Assembly: GCA_903825245.1 (NCBI GenBank)
Contig: CAIJZX010000028.1
Location: 1,106-65,105, forward strand
Reading direction: 5' to 3'
Source: Candidatus Kerfeldbacteria bacterium
GTDB lineage: Bacteria; Patescibacteriota; Patescibacteriia; SBBC01; CAIJZX01
Length of the DNA stretch: 64,000 nt
A model generated the notes under the pieces. It did not search any database. It saw only the letters and a list, made by a program, of their open reading frames with translations, and had not been told where the DNA came from. Both the position numbers and the translations under genes were made by a program. Below, piece after piece: positions 31,145 through 41,662 of this stretch (position 1 is the stretch's first letter; the number at the start of each line of letters is the position of its first letter).

Positions 31145-32661
31145 TGAAATTTGTCGACAACATTCTAAATCGGACGACGATGTATCGTTTGTTGCTCTAT
31201 GTTTTAGGTGCATACCTGGCGATTGGAATGATGTTGAGTTTTGCCGGAAAGTTGCCGTATAACGGTTGGATGGTTCTCCTTTCGACCACGATAGTACTTT
31301 TCGGTTGTTGGTTTTCGAATCTCGTTATGGCCTGGGCGTATGATGCACCGCGACATAATCCATCAGCCTACATCACCGCACTTATATTAGCGCTCATTAT
31401 TTCTCCAATCCGCACGGTCGGCGACCTACCACTGTATTTCTGGGCGCCGATTTTAGCTATGGCTGGAAAATATATCCTGGCATCAGGAAAGCAGCACCTA
31501 TTCAATCCCGCGGCTTTCGCGGTAGCGCTGACAGCGATCGCCATCAATGGTTCGGCGACGTGGTGGGTGGGAAATGTCTGGATGTTGCCGGCGGTGGCGA
31601 TTGGCGGATTTCTCATTGTTCGTAAGATTCGACGCTGGGATGTGGTTGGCGCTTTCCTTGGTATGGCGGCGATTTCCGTCACCGTGTTAGCACTATTCCG
31701 GCACACGCCGATTCTTAACACTTGGAAAGTATTGATTCTTGATGCCCCACTCGTTTTTTTTGCGACCGTCATGTTGACCGAACCCTTCACCATGCCACCG
31801 ACACATCGTTATCGCTTGTTCTATGGCGCTACGATCGGATTGCTCTTTGCACCGCAGTTGCATATTGGTTCCTTGTACTCAACACCAGAATTAGCCTTGG
31901 TCATAGGTAATTTTATATTTTGGTTAATTGCCAGTCGAGATCGTTATGTCTTGAAATTGATTCAACGCGTTCAGTTGTCGGATACGACGTATGATTTTAT
32001 TTTTTCTTCTGATCGACCGATACGCTTTCGGGCTGGACAATACTTAGAGTGGGCGTTGCCGCACGCTAGCAGTGATCAACGCGGCTCACGTCGATATTTC
32101 ACGATTGCTTCCGCGCCGACAGAATCGACTATCCGGATGGGCGTTAAATTCTATCCCCAATCGAGTAGCTATAAACAGACGCTGCGTAAACTTCATCCCG
32201 GGCAAACGATTGTGGCCGGGCAACTCGATGGAGATTTCACACTGCCAAAAGATGTTCATCAGAAGCTCGTGTTTCTCGCGGGTGGTATTGGTGTCACGCC
32301 ATTTCGAAGTATGATTCAGCAACTCATCAACACACAGGAACAACGGGACGTCGTTTTGTTGTTTGCTAATCAACGACCATCAGATATCGTCTACCAAGAT
32401 ATTTTTGATCAAGCTAGCCAGCACAATGGAGTACGCGTCGTACACGTTATTGCCGACGAAGCATCACTACCGCCAATGTGGGGCGGTGAGCGCGGATATG
32501 TCACGGCCGAAATGATCCAACGCCAGGTCCCGGATTATGCGGAACGACTTTTTTACATTAGCGGTCCGCAGGGAATGGTTCAGGCGTATAAAAAAACACT
32601 CCGATCGCTCGGTGTACCGAATCAGCACATAAAGACCGATTATTTCCCCGGATTTTCTTGA
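31141..32661 (+). CDS. NqrB/RnfD-like membrane domain fused to an FAD/NAD(P)-binding reductase
   Basis: HLFNPAA, MLTEP; RYFTIAS, AGGIGVTP, YISGP. Confidence 0.85.
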   Translation: MMKFVDNILNRTTMYRLLLYVLGAYLAIGMMLSFAGKLPYNGWMVLLSTTIVLFGCWFSNLVMAWAYDAPRHNPSAYITALILALIISPIRTVGDLPLYFWAPILAMAGKYILASGKQHLFNPAAFAVALTAIAINGSATWWVGNVWMLPAVAIGGFLIVRKIRRWDVVGAFLGMAAISVTVLALFRHTPILNTWKVLILDAPLVFFATVMLTEPFTMPPTHRYRLFYGATIGLLFAPQLHIGSLYSTPELALVIGNFIFWLIASRDRYVLKLIQRVQLSDTTYDFIFSSDRPIRFRAGQYLEWALPHASSDQRGSRRYFTIASAPTESTIRMGVKFYPQSSSYKQTLRKLHPGQTIVAGQLDGDFTLPKDVHQKLVFLAGGIGVTPFRSMIQQLINTQEQRDVVLLFANQRPSDIVYQDIFDQASQHNGVRVVHVIADEASLPPMWGGERGYVTAEMIQRQVPDYAERLFYISGPQGMVQAYKKTLRSLGVPNQHIKTDYFPGFS

Positions 32662-32680
32662 TGCGGTATACTGTGCACCT

Positions 32681-34135
32681 GTGCGACTGATACCACCAAA
32701 ATTCAATCCAAAAACCGTTGTGGTGCTTGCCACAATAGTGTTTATTGTATTCTTTTCCGCCTCGAATTGGTTTCGGCAGGTAAATCTTGTGACCTCGCAG
32801 TTTGACATGGGCAACATGGATCAAGTACTTTGGCACAGTCTCCACGGACAATGGTTCATGATGGCCGATCCGATTGCTGGAGCTCTAGAATCCAGAGCCG
32901 CTATTCACACCGATTTTTTATTGCTGGCCTATATGCCGTTCTATGCACTCTGGCCAGATCCGCGGACACCATTACTCTTGCAAGTCCTGGCGGTAGCTAG
33001 CGGCGTGATACCGTTGTGGTGGTTAGCCAGAAAAAAACTATCACCGCGCCTGAGTGCAATGGTGGCCGTAACATACCTGGCATTTCCGGCACTGGAGTGG
33101 TCGATTATCTTTGATGTTCACGCTGTCGTCTTGGTCACACCACTGTTCTTGTGGGCGTGGTGGGCGGCATCAGAAAAACGATGGTGGCTGTACGGATTGA
33201 CGGTTGGATTAGCGCTGCTCGGCAAAGAAGAAGTTGGTTTGGTGGTGGCAGCCATGGGCGTGTATTGGTTGTGGCGTCGCGGGTATCGCACGATGGGTAT
33301 TGCCAGTGTTGTGGCGGGATTAAGTTGGACGATTGCTATGGTGGAATGGGTAATTCCACATGCTCGCCAATTACCGGGGCACTTCGCACTCAATTATTTT
33401 TCCGATTACGGTTCGTCATACGAAGCGATAATAAAGGGTATTATTCAACATCCGCTAAAAGTTCTTGGCGACGTGTTTGGCAAAACGCAGCTTGAATTGA
33501 TGTTGATGATGCTTGCTCCGGTTGGTTTTGTGGCGCTACTGGGTTGGCCGATCTTGTTGGTGGCGCTACCCGATCTCGGTATTAATCTGCTGAGCAATAA
33601 TGCCAATCAACACACCATCTTTTTTCAATACATGGCGGTCACGACGCCATTTATTTTTTTAGCTGCAATTGATGGTTTAACGAAAGTCGTACGGTGGCAT
33701 GATCGTGGACGAAAAACCCTGTCTGGTTATCGACGGCGTACCGCGATTCTTGGTTTGGCGGCTGGTGTGGCCGTAGCTACCGTGTGGTGGCTTAGTCCAT
33801 TGCCGTTTTTTCACCATGGCGGTGATGCGCTGACGCCGTTCAAAGCATCGCCCTATCTGCAAGACGTGAAAACCGTTCAACGGCAACTGCTCGCTACCGA
33901 TAAAGTCGCGGTGACGAATAATCTTGGACCGCAATTCTCCCGTCGGGAATATATCTGGGCATTTCCGAATTCATTGGATCGGGCCGATGCGGTGATCGTC
34001 CTAACCGGAGGCGCATACGACGTCTTACCGAAAGAGCAAATCATCGCCAAAGTTGCACAGCTGGCGAACGACAGTCGTTTTACGCTCGTTTTGCACGATC
34101 AAGACTTTTGGTATTTCCGACGAGTAGCAAAATAA
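32681..34135 (+). CDS. DUF2079-type membrane protein (GT-C-like)
   Basis: FDMGNMDQVLW, DVHAV, KEE motifs. Confidence 0.75.
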   Translation: MRLIPPKFNPKTVVVLATIVFIVFFSASNWFRQVNLVTSQFDMGNMDQVLWHSLHGQWFMMADPIAGALESRAAIHTDFLLLAYMPFYALWPDPRTPLLLQVLAVASGVIPLWWLARKKLSPRLSAMVAVTYLAFPALEWSIIFDVHAVVLVTPLFLWAWWAASEKRWWLYGLTVGLALLGKEEVGLVVAAMGVYWLWRRGYRTMGIASVVAGLSWTIAMVEWVIPHARQLPGHFALNYFSDYGSSYEAIIKGIIQHPLKVLGDVFGKTQLELMLMMLAPVGFVALLGWPILLVALPDLGINLLSNNANQHTIFFQYMAVTTPFIFLAAIDGLTKVVRWHDRGRKTLSGYRRRTAILGLAAGVAVATVWWLSPLPFFHHGGDALTPFKASPYLQDVKTVQRQLLATDKVAVTNNLGPQFSRREYIWAFPNSLDRADAVIVLTGGAYDVLPKEQIIAKVAQLANDSRFTLVLHDQDFWYFRRVAK

Positions 34136-34182
34136 TCATCGTTTTGTAGGTAGTGTACATAGCCGCGTGGTATACTGTCTCC

Positions 34183-36187
34183 ATGGTACGAAAAACCATT
34201 ATTATTACGATCGGGATACTCCTTGGACTGGCCTCATGGCGGCTTTTCCCATTATTAACATCGGCGCAAAGCGTTATTAGTATTATCGGTTGCGATCAGA
34301 TCACAAGCCCAGGTACGTATCGTATTGCCAATAATCTGACCACGGTAGGGCCCATTTGTCTTGATATTAAAGGCAACGATATTACGATCGATGGAAACGG
34401 GAAAACCATAACCATGCAAAACGGCGGATCGGCATTGAAAGTAATGATGAACGATCCGAGCGTACCAGCGCAGCGATGGCATAACATTACTGTTAGTAAT
34501 TTCGTTTCCAAGCGGCGATTTTCAAGCGTATGCTGATGTCCATAATATTAGCTTGGATAATCTCACCATAACTGGTGTGAGTGTGCTTGGTTCGCATTTT
34601 GTCAGTATCACAAATTCCACAATTAACGGTGATGTTGGTATTTCTCTCTTGAATCAGGTGGATTCAACAAACATTACCTTTACCGGAAACACGGTAACCG
34701 GTAGTAGCAACCGACTAGCAGTATTCGCTGGTGATGCACACACGATAGGGAATTGCGATACGACCGGTTATACGATTAACAACAATACATTCACAAACAC
34801 GATTCCTGTGGTCGGAGATAATGCGGTCAATGTTTTCCTTTCCTGCACAGAAAATGGTTCGTTCAGTAATAACACGGTGAACTCACCGGGGCAGGCAACC
34901 GGTCTGCTTATCCGCGACGGCTATTCGCATAATACCATGTCCGGAAACACCATCCACGTTAACCAGGCGGTCAATGACTCCAGAGGGGCAATTGCTTTTG
35001 TTTCCGGATCAACGACCGTCGGACCGGCTACCTTCAATACCTTGAGTGGGAACACTGTCATAGCCGATAATGGTAAAGCTTTATTCATGTATGATGCGAC
35101 AGGGACCTCGAACACGGGTACTCTTTTTCAAAACAACCTTTTTGTCTCGAACAGCGGAGCGGGAAGCCAGGAATTCTACACCACCACCGATGCCAGTAAT
35201 CCGAATGTTTTTTCACATAACACTTTTATTGAACATGGGACTGGATATGCCTTTGGTTTTCCTGATGATGGAATGGTCGATGGAATGGAAAACACTGTTC
35301 TTCATGACAATATTTTTGTTGCTGCATCCGGTCCGGTGATTGGCGGAGATACCGCGCCCCGCGCAGGATTCGTTGCCAATCATAATCTCTACTACAATCG
35401 TTCTGGGGCGGCGAGTTTTACTGGTATTGGCAATTTCAATGCTTGGAAAACAGCTACCGGAGATACGTCCTCACTTGAAGCCAATCCGTTGTTCGTTGAT
35501 TACACGAACGGTAATTACCATCTCCAAGCGACCTCGCCGGCGGTTGGTGCTGGCACGGGTGGATCGGATATTGGGGCATATGGAGCGAGCGGATCGTGTA
35601 CCGAATCCTGGTCATGTGGTTCTTGGTCAACCTGCACGAACAACACGCAATCGCGCACCTGCGCGGACGCTAATAGTTGTAATACCTTCGTCAACCAACC
35701 GGCTTTGACCCAAAGCTGTGACAGCACCGCGCCGACGGTGTCTCTTACCGCTCCGACGAACGGCACAACCGTTTCAGCCACGGTTTCCGTAACAGCGACG
35801 GCCAGCGATAACGTCGGCGTCGTCGGCGTACAATTTAAGCTGGATGGCGTAAATCTCGGCAGTGAAGATGCGTCATCGCCCTACAGTGTTAGCTGGAATA
35901 CGACCGGAGCAACCAATGCATCACACACGCTGACTGCAGTAGCGCGGGATGCGGCCGGACTTACGACAACAGCGACGACAGTCATCGTGACCGTCAACAA
36001 CGTCGTTGCTTGTACCGAGTCGTGGTCCTATAGTGCCTGGTCAACATGTGTCAATGGAACACAAACCCGAACCGCGACAGACGCCAACCATTGCGGTACG
36101 ACGGTTAATCGTCAACCGCTGACGCAAAGTTGCAGTTCGCCGGATTTGACGCCGCCGTCTGCGGTTGATAATCTGCAGGTGAGGTAA
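34183..36187 (+). pseudogene. surface beta-helix protein with Cys/Trp repeats and an Ig-like domain, split by a +1 frameshift near 34510
   Basis: Removing one A at 34510/34511 joins both ORFs (…NFVS-SGDFQAYADVHNISLDNL…). Confidence 0.75.
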
Positions 36188-36263
36188 ACAGTACTCATTA
36201 ATTCACATCAACTTCCACGCGAAGTTGATAGTATTAAGTAATTATTTCATTAATCACCAGGCT

Positions 36264-36695
36264 ATGCAACAAACAACATCGTTTCGAAAACTTATTACGC
36301 TGACATCGGCCATGCTGGGATTATTGTCGGCAGAATTTCTTCTGGGCATGCTGAGCAATCTCTATGTCGAATTTCCTACTACCACAGACCAGCAGACGTT
36401 GATGGATGCAACCTGGAAACATTGGCAAACTGCCAGCCACGCAATTTTGGGTATTCTGATCGTGTTGATAGGATTGTGGCTCGTCATTTTGTCGATCAAA
36501 GCGAAGGTTCGGAGTGTGACTGTTATCAGTGTATTGGCGTTTCTGTCACTTGTTCTGGCCGCGGTTGGCGGCGATCGTTTTGTTCGCACGCAGCATAATG
36601 TCTGGTCGTTGACGATGGCTGTTGGCTTCATTGTGGCTATGGGATTATACGGACGTTTATTAGCGCTCGTGCAATCTGCTACAAACGGTTCATGA
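36264..36695 (+). CDS. hypothetical 4-TM protein
   Basis: Hydrophobic; ATGA-coupled to the next gene. Confidence 0.7.
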   Translation: MQQTTSFRKLITLTSAMLGLLSAEFLLGMLSNLYVEFPTTTDQQTLMDATWKHWQTASHAILGILIVLIGLWLVILSIKAKVRSVTVISVLAFLSLVLAAVGGDRFVRTQHNVWSLTMAVGFIVAMGLYGRLLALVQSATNGS

Positions 36696-37048
36696 ATAAA
36701 CACACATCGTTTTATATTTCAGGATTGATTGGCATGGTACTTGGCTTCATATCAGCCAAAACATTTTTTGCTCACTCGTGGACGGCACTGATTCCGTGGG
36801 GTATTGCCGGACTGGCCGTTGGTTTGGCTTCGAAAAATAGAAAATCAGCACTGTGGAATGGTGCGATCTATGGTTTTTTCCTACCAATGAGTTTTACCAT
36901 TTTCGGTTTCCAAGGAAATAACGGCTCAGTACCGGCACTGCTGTTGCTGGCGATCATTCTGGGGGTAATCGGCGCAGGATGTGGGATGGTATTGTCGTTG
37001 ACTGGCAAGAGTGTACGGCGAGAGCGCATGCGGCGTTTTGATATCTAA
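36692..37048 (+). CDS. hypothetical 4-TM protein
   Basis: Gly-rich TM helices. Confidence 0.7.
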   Translation: MNKHTSFYISGLIGMVLGFISAKTFFAHSWTALIPWGIAGLAVGLASKNRKSALWNGAIYGFFLPMSFTIFGFQGNNGSVPALLLLAIILGVIGAGCGMVLSLTGKSVRRERMRRFDI

Positions 37049-37084
37049 AGAAAAAGCCAGTCGCATGTGCGCTGGCTAGAATCG

Positions 37085-37408
37085 CTAATTGAGCGAGGGC
37101 TTGTCGCTCTGCCACGGAAACACGTCGTGCCACTTGGCCTTGTCGAGATCCTCGAGTTCGCCGGTGGGGACAATGAATTTCGTCTTCGTGGAGATTTGTG
37201 CCGACTCGATGACTGCCGTGAAGTACACGCCGCTGATGCAGCCCATGTTGGCGCTCTCACCCTTGGTGTAGACCGCGCCTTCAAAATCGTCAGTTCTGAA
37301 CGCTCGCTTGCTTGTGCCATTGGCTACCATCTCACGGGCGACAGTGAACAGATGATCCCGCATGATCTTGGTCAACGGGGTACCGCTAGTCATGAGACAG
37401 TAAATCAT
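37085..37408 (-). CDS. hypothetical protein
   Basis: GGAGG SD; TTGACA-N17-TAGCGT upstream. Confidence 0.55.
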   Translation of the reverse strand: MIYCLMTSGTPLTKIMRDHLFTVAREMVANGTSKRAFRTDDFEGAVYTKGESANMGCISGVYFTAVIESAQISTKTKFIVPTGELEDLDKAKWHDVFPWQSDKPSLN

Positions 37409-37663
37409 CGTAGCCCTCCGTGGAAGTATTGTGGGTATTGAAGGTGCCACTTCGTTGCGGCAACGCTAGCGTACAAACTGATTGTTGTCAAGACGGACTT
37501 TGTTGCTGATGCATGAGGTGTGGGCTTTGGTGTATACTCTTTACATGCCATACCTGATCGCGTTTTTCATCGGTGCATTCGGCGCGAATGGACTGCCGTC
37601 TGTTATGCAACGAAGAACCAGGACAGTGCGGCTTACGCCTTTGACTCGTTCTCACCAACCACA

Positions 37664-38278
37664 ATGACTACACCGACATACACGCGCTCTGATTTTGGGC
37701 CGCGCATTTCTTGGGCAGAGTACGGAATAATTGTAGATCGGTTGGCTAAGAAAGTTGCGTTGTATCTCAAACAGCACCGGATAAACATTGACGCTGTCGT
37801 CCCAATCGGCCGTGCGGGGTACATTCCTGGTACGATTATCGCGTACAAATTGACAACACTTCGCATTGTACCGGTGCAGTATAAATATCTTGACGGTCCC
37901 GGCGGAATCAAGCTGCGAAAGTTGTTTTGGCCATCGCCGGGAAAATTCTCCAAAAAACCCCGCCCGATATTTCTCGTTGTCGAAAATAACCATTGTTTCG
38001 GCACGACGTCGCGGGCGGTCATCGCCGAACTGAAGAAAAGAAATCCTCATTGCCGGATAATCTATGTCGCTGTATTGGCTGACTATTCATATCAGCGCAT
38101 GGAACAAGCGGACGCGGTGCTGTATGGTGAACTAACGAATGAAACAAAAACGTTATTGCCGAAACAAGCAAAAAAATTACGCATCCGCACGTTGTTGTCA
38201 CTCTATCCTTGGGAAAACATCACAGAAGAGATGGCCGCGGTGCAGGGAAAAAAGTACACGTATAGCGCGCCCGTGTAA
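37664..38278 (+). CDS. type I phosphoribosyltransferase-like protein
   Basis: VVPIGRAGYIPG; degenerate PRPP loop LVVENNHCFGTT; YPWE tail. Confidence 0.7.
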   Translation: MTTPTYTRSDFGPRISWAEYGIIVDRLAKKVALYLKQHRINIDAVVPIGRAGYIPGTIIAYKLTTLRIVPVQYKYLDGPGGIKLRKLFWPSPGKFSKKPRPIFLVVENNHCFGTTSRAVIAELKKRNPHCRIIYVAVLADYSYQRMEQADAVLYGELTNETKTLLPKQAKKLRIRTLLSLYPWENITEEMAAVQGKKYTYSAPV

Positions 38279-38358
38279 AATCACCGACAGTATGGTGGTG
38301 CGGGGGACGATGTTACGATAAGAGTTATCCACAGGAGGGGACTTGACGTTCTTTATAC

Positions 38359-38379
38359 TTAGTGTAGTATATACACCAT
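38359..38379 (+). promoter_or_regulatory. NrtR operator 1
   Basis: TTAGTGT-AGTATAT-ACACCAT (GT-N7-AC), overlapping the -10 and ATG of nrtR. Confidence 0.85.
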
Positions 38380-39070
38380 GAAGCACTCAAGCCCTGTCCC
38401 GCATGAACTCCGATTCGCCGTTCTAGCCGCTGATGCGGTTATGTTCACGGTCTTTGATGGCCGTTTACACGTTCGGCTGATTCCAGTGCACCTACCGCCG
38501 TACTTCAGCCATCTTGCTGGTATCCCCGGTGGTTTACTGGCGCCAACGGAAACGGCCGATCAAGCTGCAGTGCGGCACGCCACGACCAAGGGCGGCGTAC
38601 TTCACGAACATTTATATCTGGAACAATTGTATACCTTCAGCGCTATCAACCGTGATCCTCGTAATCGTGTGGTGGCAGTGGCCTATCTCGGCCTTGTGCC
38701 GTGGGAAGTGTTAACGAAAACCGCAGAACGGGATACCGCCGCGGCGACCTGGGTTCGTATCGACAAGTTACCGAAACTTGCCTATGACCATCGAGAAATT
38801 ATTCGCGTCGGCCTCGAACGTTTGCGGTCGCGGGTAACCTATACCACAATTATCAAACAGTTGATGCCGAAAGAGTTCACACTGACCGACCTTGAAGTAA
38901 TGTATGAAACCGTATTGGGTCAAGATATTGATAAACGGAACTTCCGCAAAAAAGTATTGAAGACCGGCGTCCTGCAAGTGTTACCTCGTGAACGGACAGG
39001 GGAGCAACACCGCCCGGCAAAGCTCTATCGGTTTCTCAATCGTGACATCGAACCAATCGCGATCATCTAA
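38378..39070 (+). CDS. nrtR: NrtR-family NUDIX/wHTH transcriptional regulator
   Basis: LEQLYTF…RDPR, LAYDH, DKRNFRKK, RPAKLYRF. Confidence 0.93.
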   Translation: MKHSSPVPHELRFAVLAADAVMFTVFDGRLHVRLIPVHLPPYFSHLAGIPGGLLAPTETADQAAVRHATTKGGVLHEHLYLEQLYTFSAINRDPRNRVVAVAYLGLVPWEVLTKTAERDTAAATWVRIDKLPKLAYDHREIIRVGLERLRSRVTYTTIIKQLMPKEFTLTDLEVMYETVLGQDIDKRNFRKKVLKTGVLQVLPRERTGEQHRPAKLYRFLNRDIEPIAII

Positions 39071-39086
39071 ATTTTTTTATGTTTAG

Positions 39087-39107
39087 TTAGTGTAAGATTT
39101 ACACCAT
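39087..39107 (+). promoter_or_regulatory. NrtR operator 2
   Basis: TTAGTGT-AAGATTT-ACACCAT, arms identical to operator 1. Confidence 0.85.
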
Positions 39108-39175
39108 TCAAACCAAGCTGGGTCGTCACCGCAACGATACACCTTGGCTGGAGTCAAGGACTTGTCCTTTACAAC

Positions 39176-40120
39176 ATGGAGAATATCATGGACTCGAAGA
39201 ATATCGGTGTCATCGTGGCACGGTTTCAAGTGCCGGAGTTGCACGACGGCCATCGGTACCTGATTGATCACGTTCGTGAGCGCCATGCCCGCGTCCTGAT
39301 CGTTCTCGGGTATTCCGAAGCCCACCTGACCACGCGGAATCCGCTCGATGTAGCAACGCGATTGATGATGGTACAGGCAGCGTATCCCGACGTACGGGTG
39401 GCCAGTCTGCCCGATATGCGCTGCGATCAACTATGGTCGAAGACTCTGGATCATGTAATCAACCAGGAATTCCCCGGATGCTCGGCAGTGCTCTACGGAT
39501 CGCGATCGAGTTTTCTCAGCCAGTATCACGGCCGACATCAATGCCAGGAAATACCGCCGCTGCCGTGTCCGGCAGCAACGGAGGTGCGGGAAACAATTAC
39601 CGCTCCGCTGGATTCGATGGAGTTTCGCCAGGGCGTCATCTATGCCGCTCGTCAAAAGTACCCGACGTCATACCAAACGGTCGATGTCGCGGTGCTGAAC
39701 GGCGATCGAACGAAGGTGCTGATGGCGATGAAGGTCGACGACAACAATCGTTGGCGGTTCATCGGTGGCTTTGTTGATCCGGCTGACGCTTCGCTCGAAG
39801 CAGCGGCCAAGCGGGAAGTAACGGAAGAAACGTCGATGATCGAGACGGATGATTATATCTATCTCGGTTCCTCGCGGGTGTTCGATTACCGTTACCCGCG
39901 CGGCGACGTCGACGCGATCATGACGGCGTTGTTTGCTGCCACGTACATATTTGGTGCGCCCACTCCCAAGGACGACATTGTCCGTTTGGAATGGAGACCA
40001 ATCGATGAGCTGGAGAACACGCTGGTCCCGGAACATCAAGCCTTGGGCGCACAGCTGCGCGCCTATCTCGCCACTGTCAATCACGGAAGGAGCGATCACC
40101 ATGCGACGAAATCGTTCTAA
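39176..40120 (+). CDS. nadM: bifunctional NMN adenylyltransferase/ADP-ribose NUDIX hydrolase
   Basis: ARFQ…HDGH, NPL; GGFVD…REVTEET. Confidence 0.9.
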   Translation: MENIMDSKNIGVIVARFQVPELHDGHRYLIDHVRERHARVLIVLGYSEAHLTTRNPLDVATRLMMVQAAYPDVRVASLPDMRCDQLWSKTLDHVINQEFPGCSAVLYGSRSSFLSQYHGRHQCQEIPPLPCPAATEVRETITAPLDSMEFRQGVIYAARQKYPTSYQTVDVAVLNGDRTKVLMAMKVDDNNRWRFIGGFVDPADASLEAAAKREVTEETSMIETDDYIYLGSSRVFDYRYPRGDVDAIMTALFAATYIFGAPTPKDDIVRLEWRPIDELENTLVPEHQALGAQLRAYLATVNHGRSDHHATKSF

Positions 40121-41501
40121 CATCATCGAGATGTCGGACAGCTACAAGATTTCGCATTGGCGGCAGTACCCGCCGGGTACGACGCGTGTCTTCTCGTTTC
40201 TCGAGAGCCGTGGCGGTGCCTTCTCGCACGTGACATTGTTCGGTCTGCAGTACATCATCAAGCAGTATCTCGAAGGCGTCGTCGTGACCAAGGAGATGAT
40301 CGACGAGGCGAGCGAGGATTTCGCACTCCACTTCGGTAATGCAACATTGTTCAACGAAGCCGGCTGGCGGCACATCCTCAATGTTCACGGCGGACGTTTG
40401 CCGGTGCGCATTTCGGCGATTCCCGAAGGCACACCGGTGCCGATTTCGAACGTCATGCTGACGATCGAAAACACCGATCCTGCCGTGCCATGGCTGACGA
40501 GCTACCTCGAGACGCTGCTGTGCGAAGTTTGGTACCCGACGACTGTCTGTACGCAAAGCCGGGTCATGCGGCAAGTGATTCTTGAGGCGCTTGAGAAGTC
40601 CGGTGATCCGGCGGGCGTGGATTTCAAGCTCCACGACTTCGGTTTTCGCGGCAGTACATCAGTCGAATCCTCGGGAATTGGCGGCGCTGCGCATCTGGTC
40701 AATTTCAACGGAACGGACACGATGTCAGCGCTGAAGGTGGCTCGCGAATTTTACGGCGAACGCATGGCCGGGTTTTCCATCCCGGCCGCCGAACACAGCA
40801 CGATCACGTCGTGGGGTCGTGAGCATGAAGGCGACGCCTATGCCAACATGTTGCGGTCGTTTCCGACCGGGCCGGTGGCGGTTGTCAGCGATAGCTACGA
40901 CATCTTCCACGCCTGCCGCCAACTATGGGGCGCCGAACTGAAGGTCGAAGTGATTGAGCGCGACGGTGTGCTCATCGTTCGTCCGGACAGCGGCGATCCG
41001 CCGACGGTTGTCCTGCGCGTGCTCGACATTCTCGGCGAAGCTTTCGGCACAACGATCAACAGCAAAGGCTACCGCCTGCTTCATCCCAAGGTGCGAGTCA
41101 TTCAGGGCGACGGTATCGACCTGGCGATGATTCAGAACATCTTGGGGGCGATCATAGCGGCTGGTTGGTCGGCAGACAATATCGCCTTCGGTTCAGGCGG
41201 CGGATTGCTCCAGAAAGTTGATCGCGACACCTGTAAGTTCGCATTCAAGTGCAGTGCCATCGAGATCAATGGTGCCTGGCACGACGTGTCCAAGGATCCG
41301 ATCACCGATCACGGCAAAAAGTCGAAGGCCGGCCGGCTGAAGCTCGTCCGTCGTGGCGACTCTGTGGCAACCGTGACGGAAGAACAGTCTGTCGAAGTCA
41401 ATCTCCTCGTGCCGGTATTCGAGAACGGTCAACTACTCGTCGACCAGTCATTCTCAGACATCCGCTCTCGTGCGCGCGCTGTCGCTCCGATTCTCGTTTG
41501 A
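40101..41501 (+). CDS. nadV: nicotinamide phosphoribosyltransferase
   Basis: DSYKISH, LHDFGFRG, SIPAAEHS, RPDSGD, GSGGGLLQ. Confidence 0.95.
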   Translation: MRRNRSNIIEMSDSYKISHWRQYPPGTTRVFSFLESRGGAFSHVTLFGLQYIIKQYLEGVVVTKEMIDEASEDFALHFGNATLFNEAGWRHILNVHGGRLPVRISAIPEGTPVPISNVMLTIENTDPAVPWLTSYLETLLCEVWYPTTVCTQSRVMRQVILEALEKSGDPAGVDFKLHDFGFRGSTSVESSGIGGAAHLVNFNGTDTMSALKVAREFYGERMAGFSIPAAEHSTITSWGREHEGDAYANMLRSFPTGPVAVVSDSYDIFHACRQLWGAELKVEVIERDGVLIVRPDSGDPPTVVLRVLDILGEAFGTTINSKGYRLLHPKVRVIQGDGIDLAMIQNILGAIIAAGWSADNIAFGSGGGLLQKVDRDTCKFAFKCSAIEINGAWHDVSKDPITDHGKKSKAGRLKLVRRGDSVATVTEEQSVEVNLLVPVFENGQLLVDQSFSDIRSRARAVAPILV

Positions 41502-41508
41502 TCTTTGT

Positions 41509-41551
41509 ACCCGTTACTTGCTTCCTCATGGAAGTCGGTAGCGGGTTTTTT
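41509..41551 (+). terminator. intrinsic terminator
   Basis: ACCCGTTAC…GTAGCGGGT followed by a T-run. Confidence 0.7.
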
Positions 41552-41662
41552 CTTTGGCTGGGATTGACAACAACATCGTTTTTTGCTAGTATCATCGGTC
41601 ATTAGAAGGGTCTGATGATTCGATCTTTTACATACACCATCTTCAAACATAGGAGGTGATTT

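Noticed and set aside
39112-39170. NAD riboswitch upstream of nadM
   Set aside because: Hairpins are present but I cannot match a riboswitch consensus, and the NrtR box already explains regulation.
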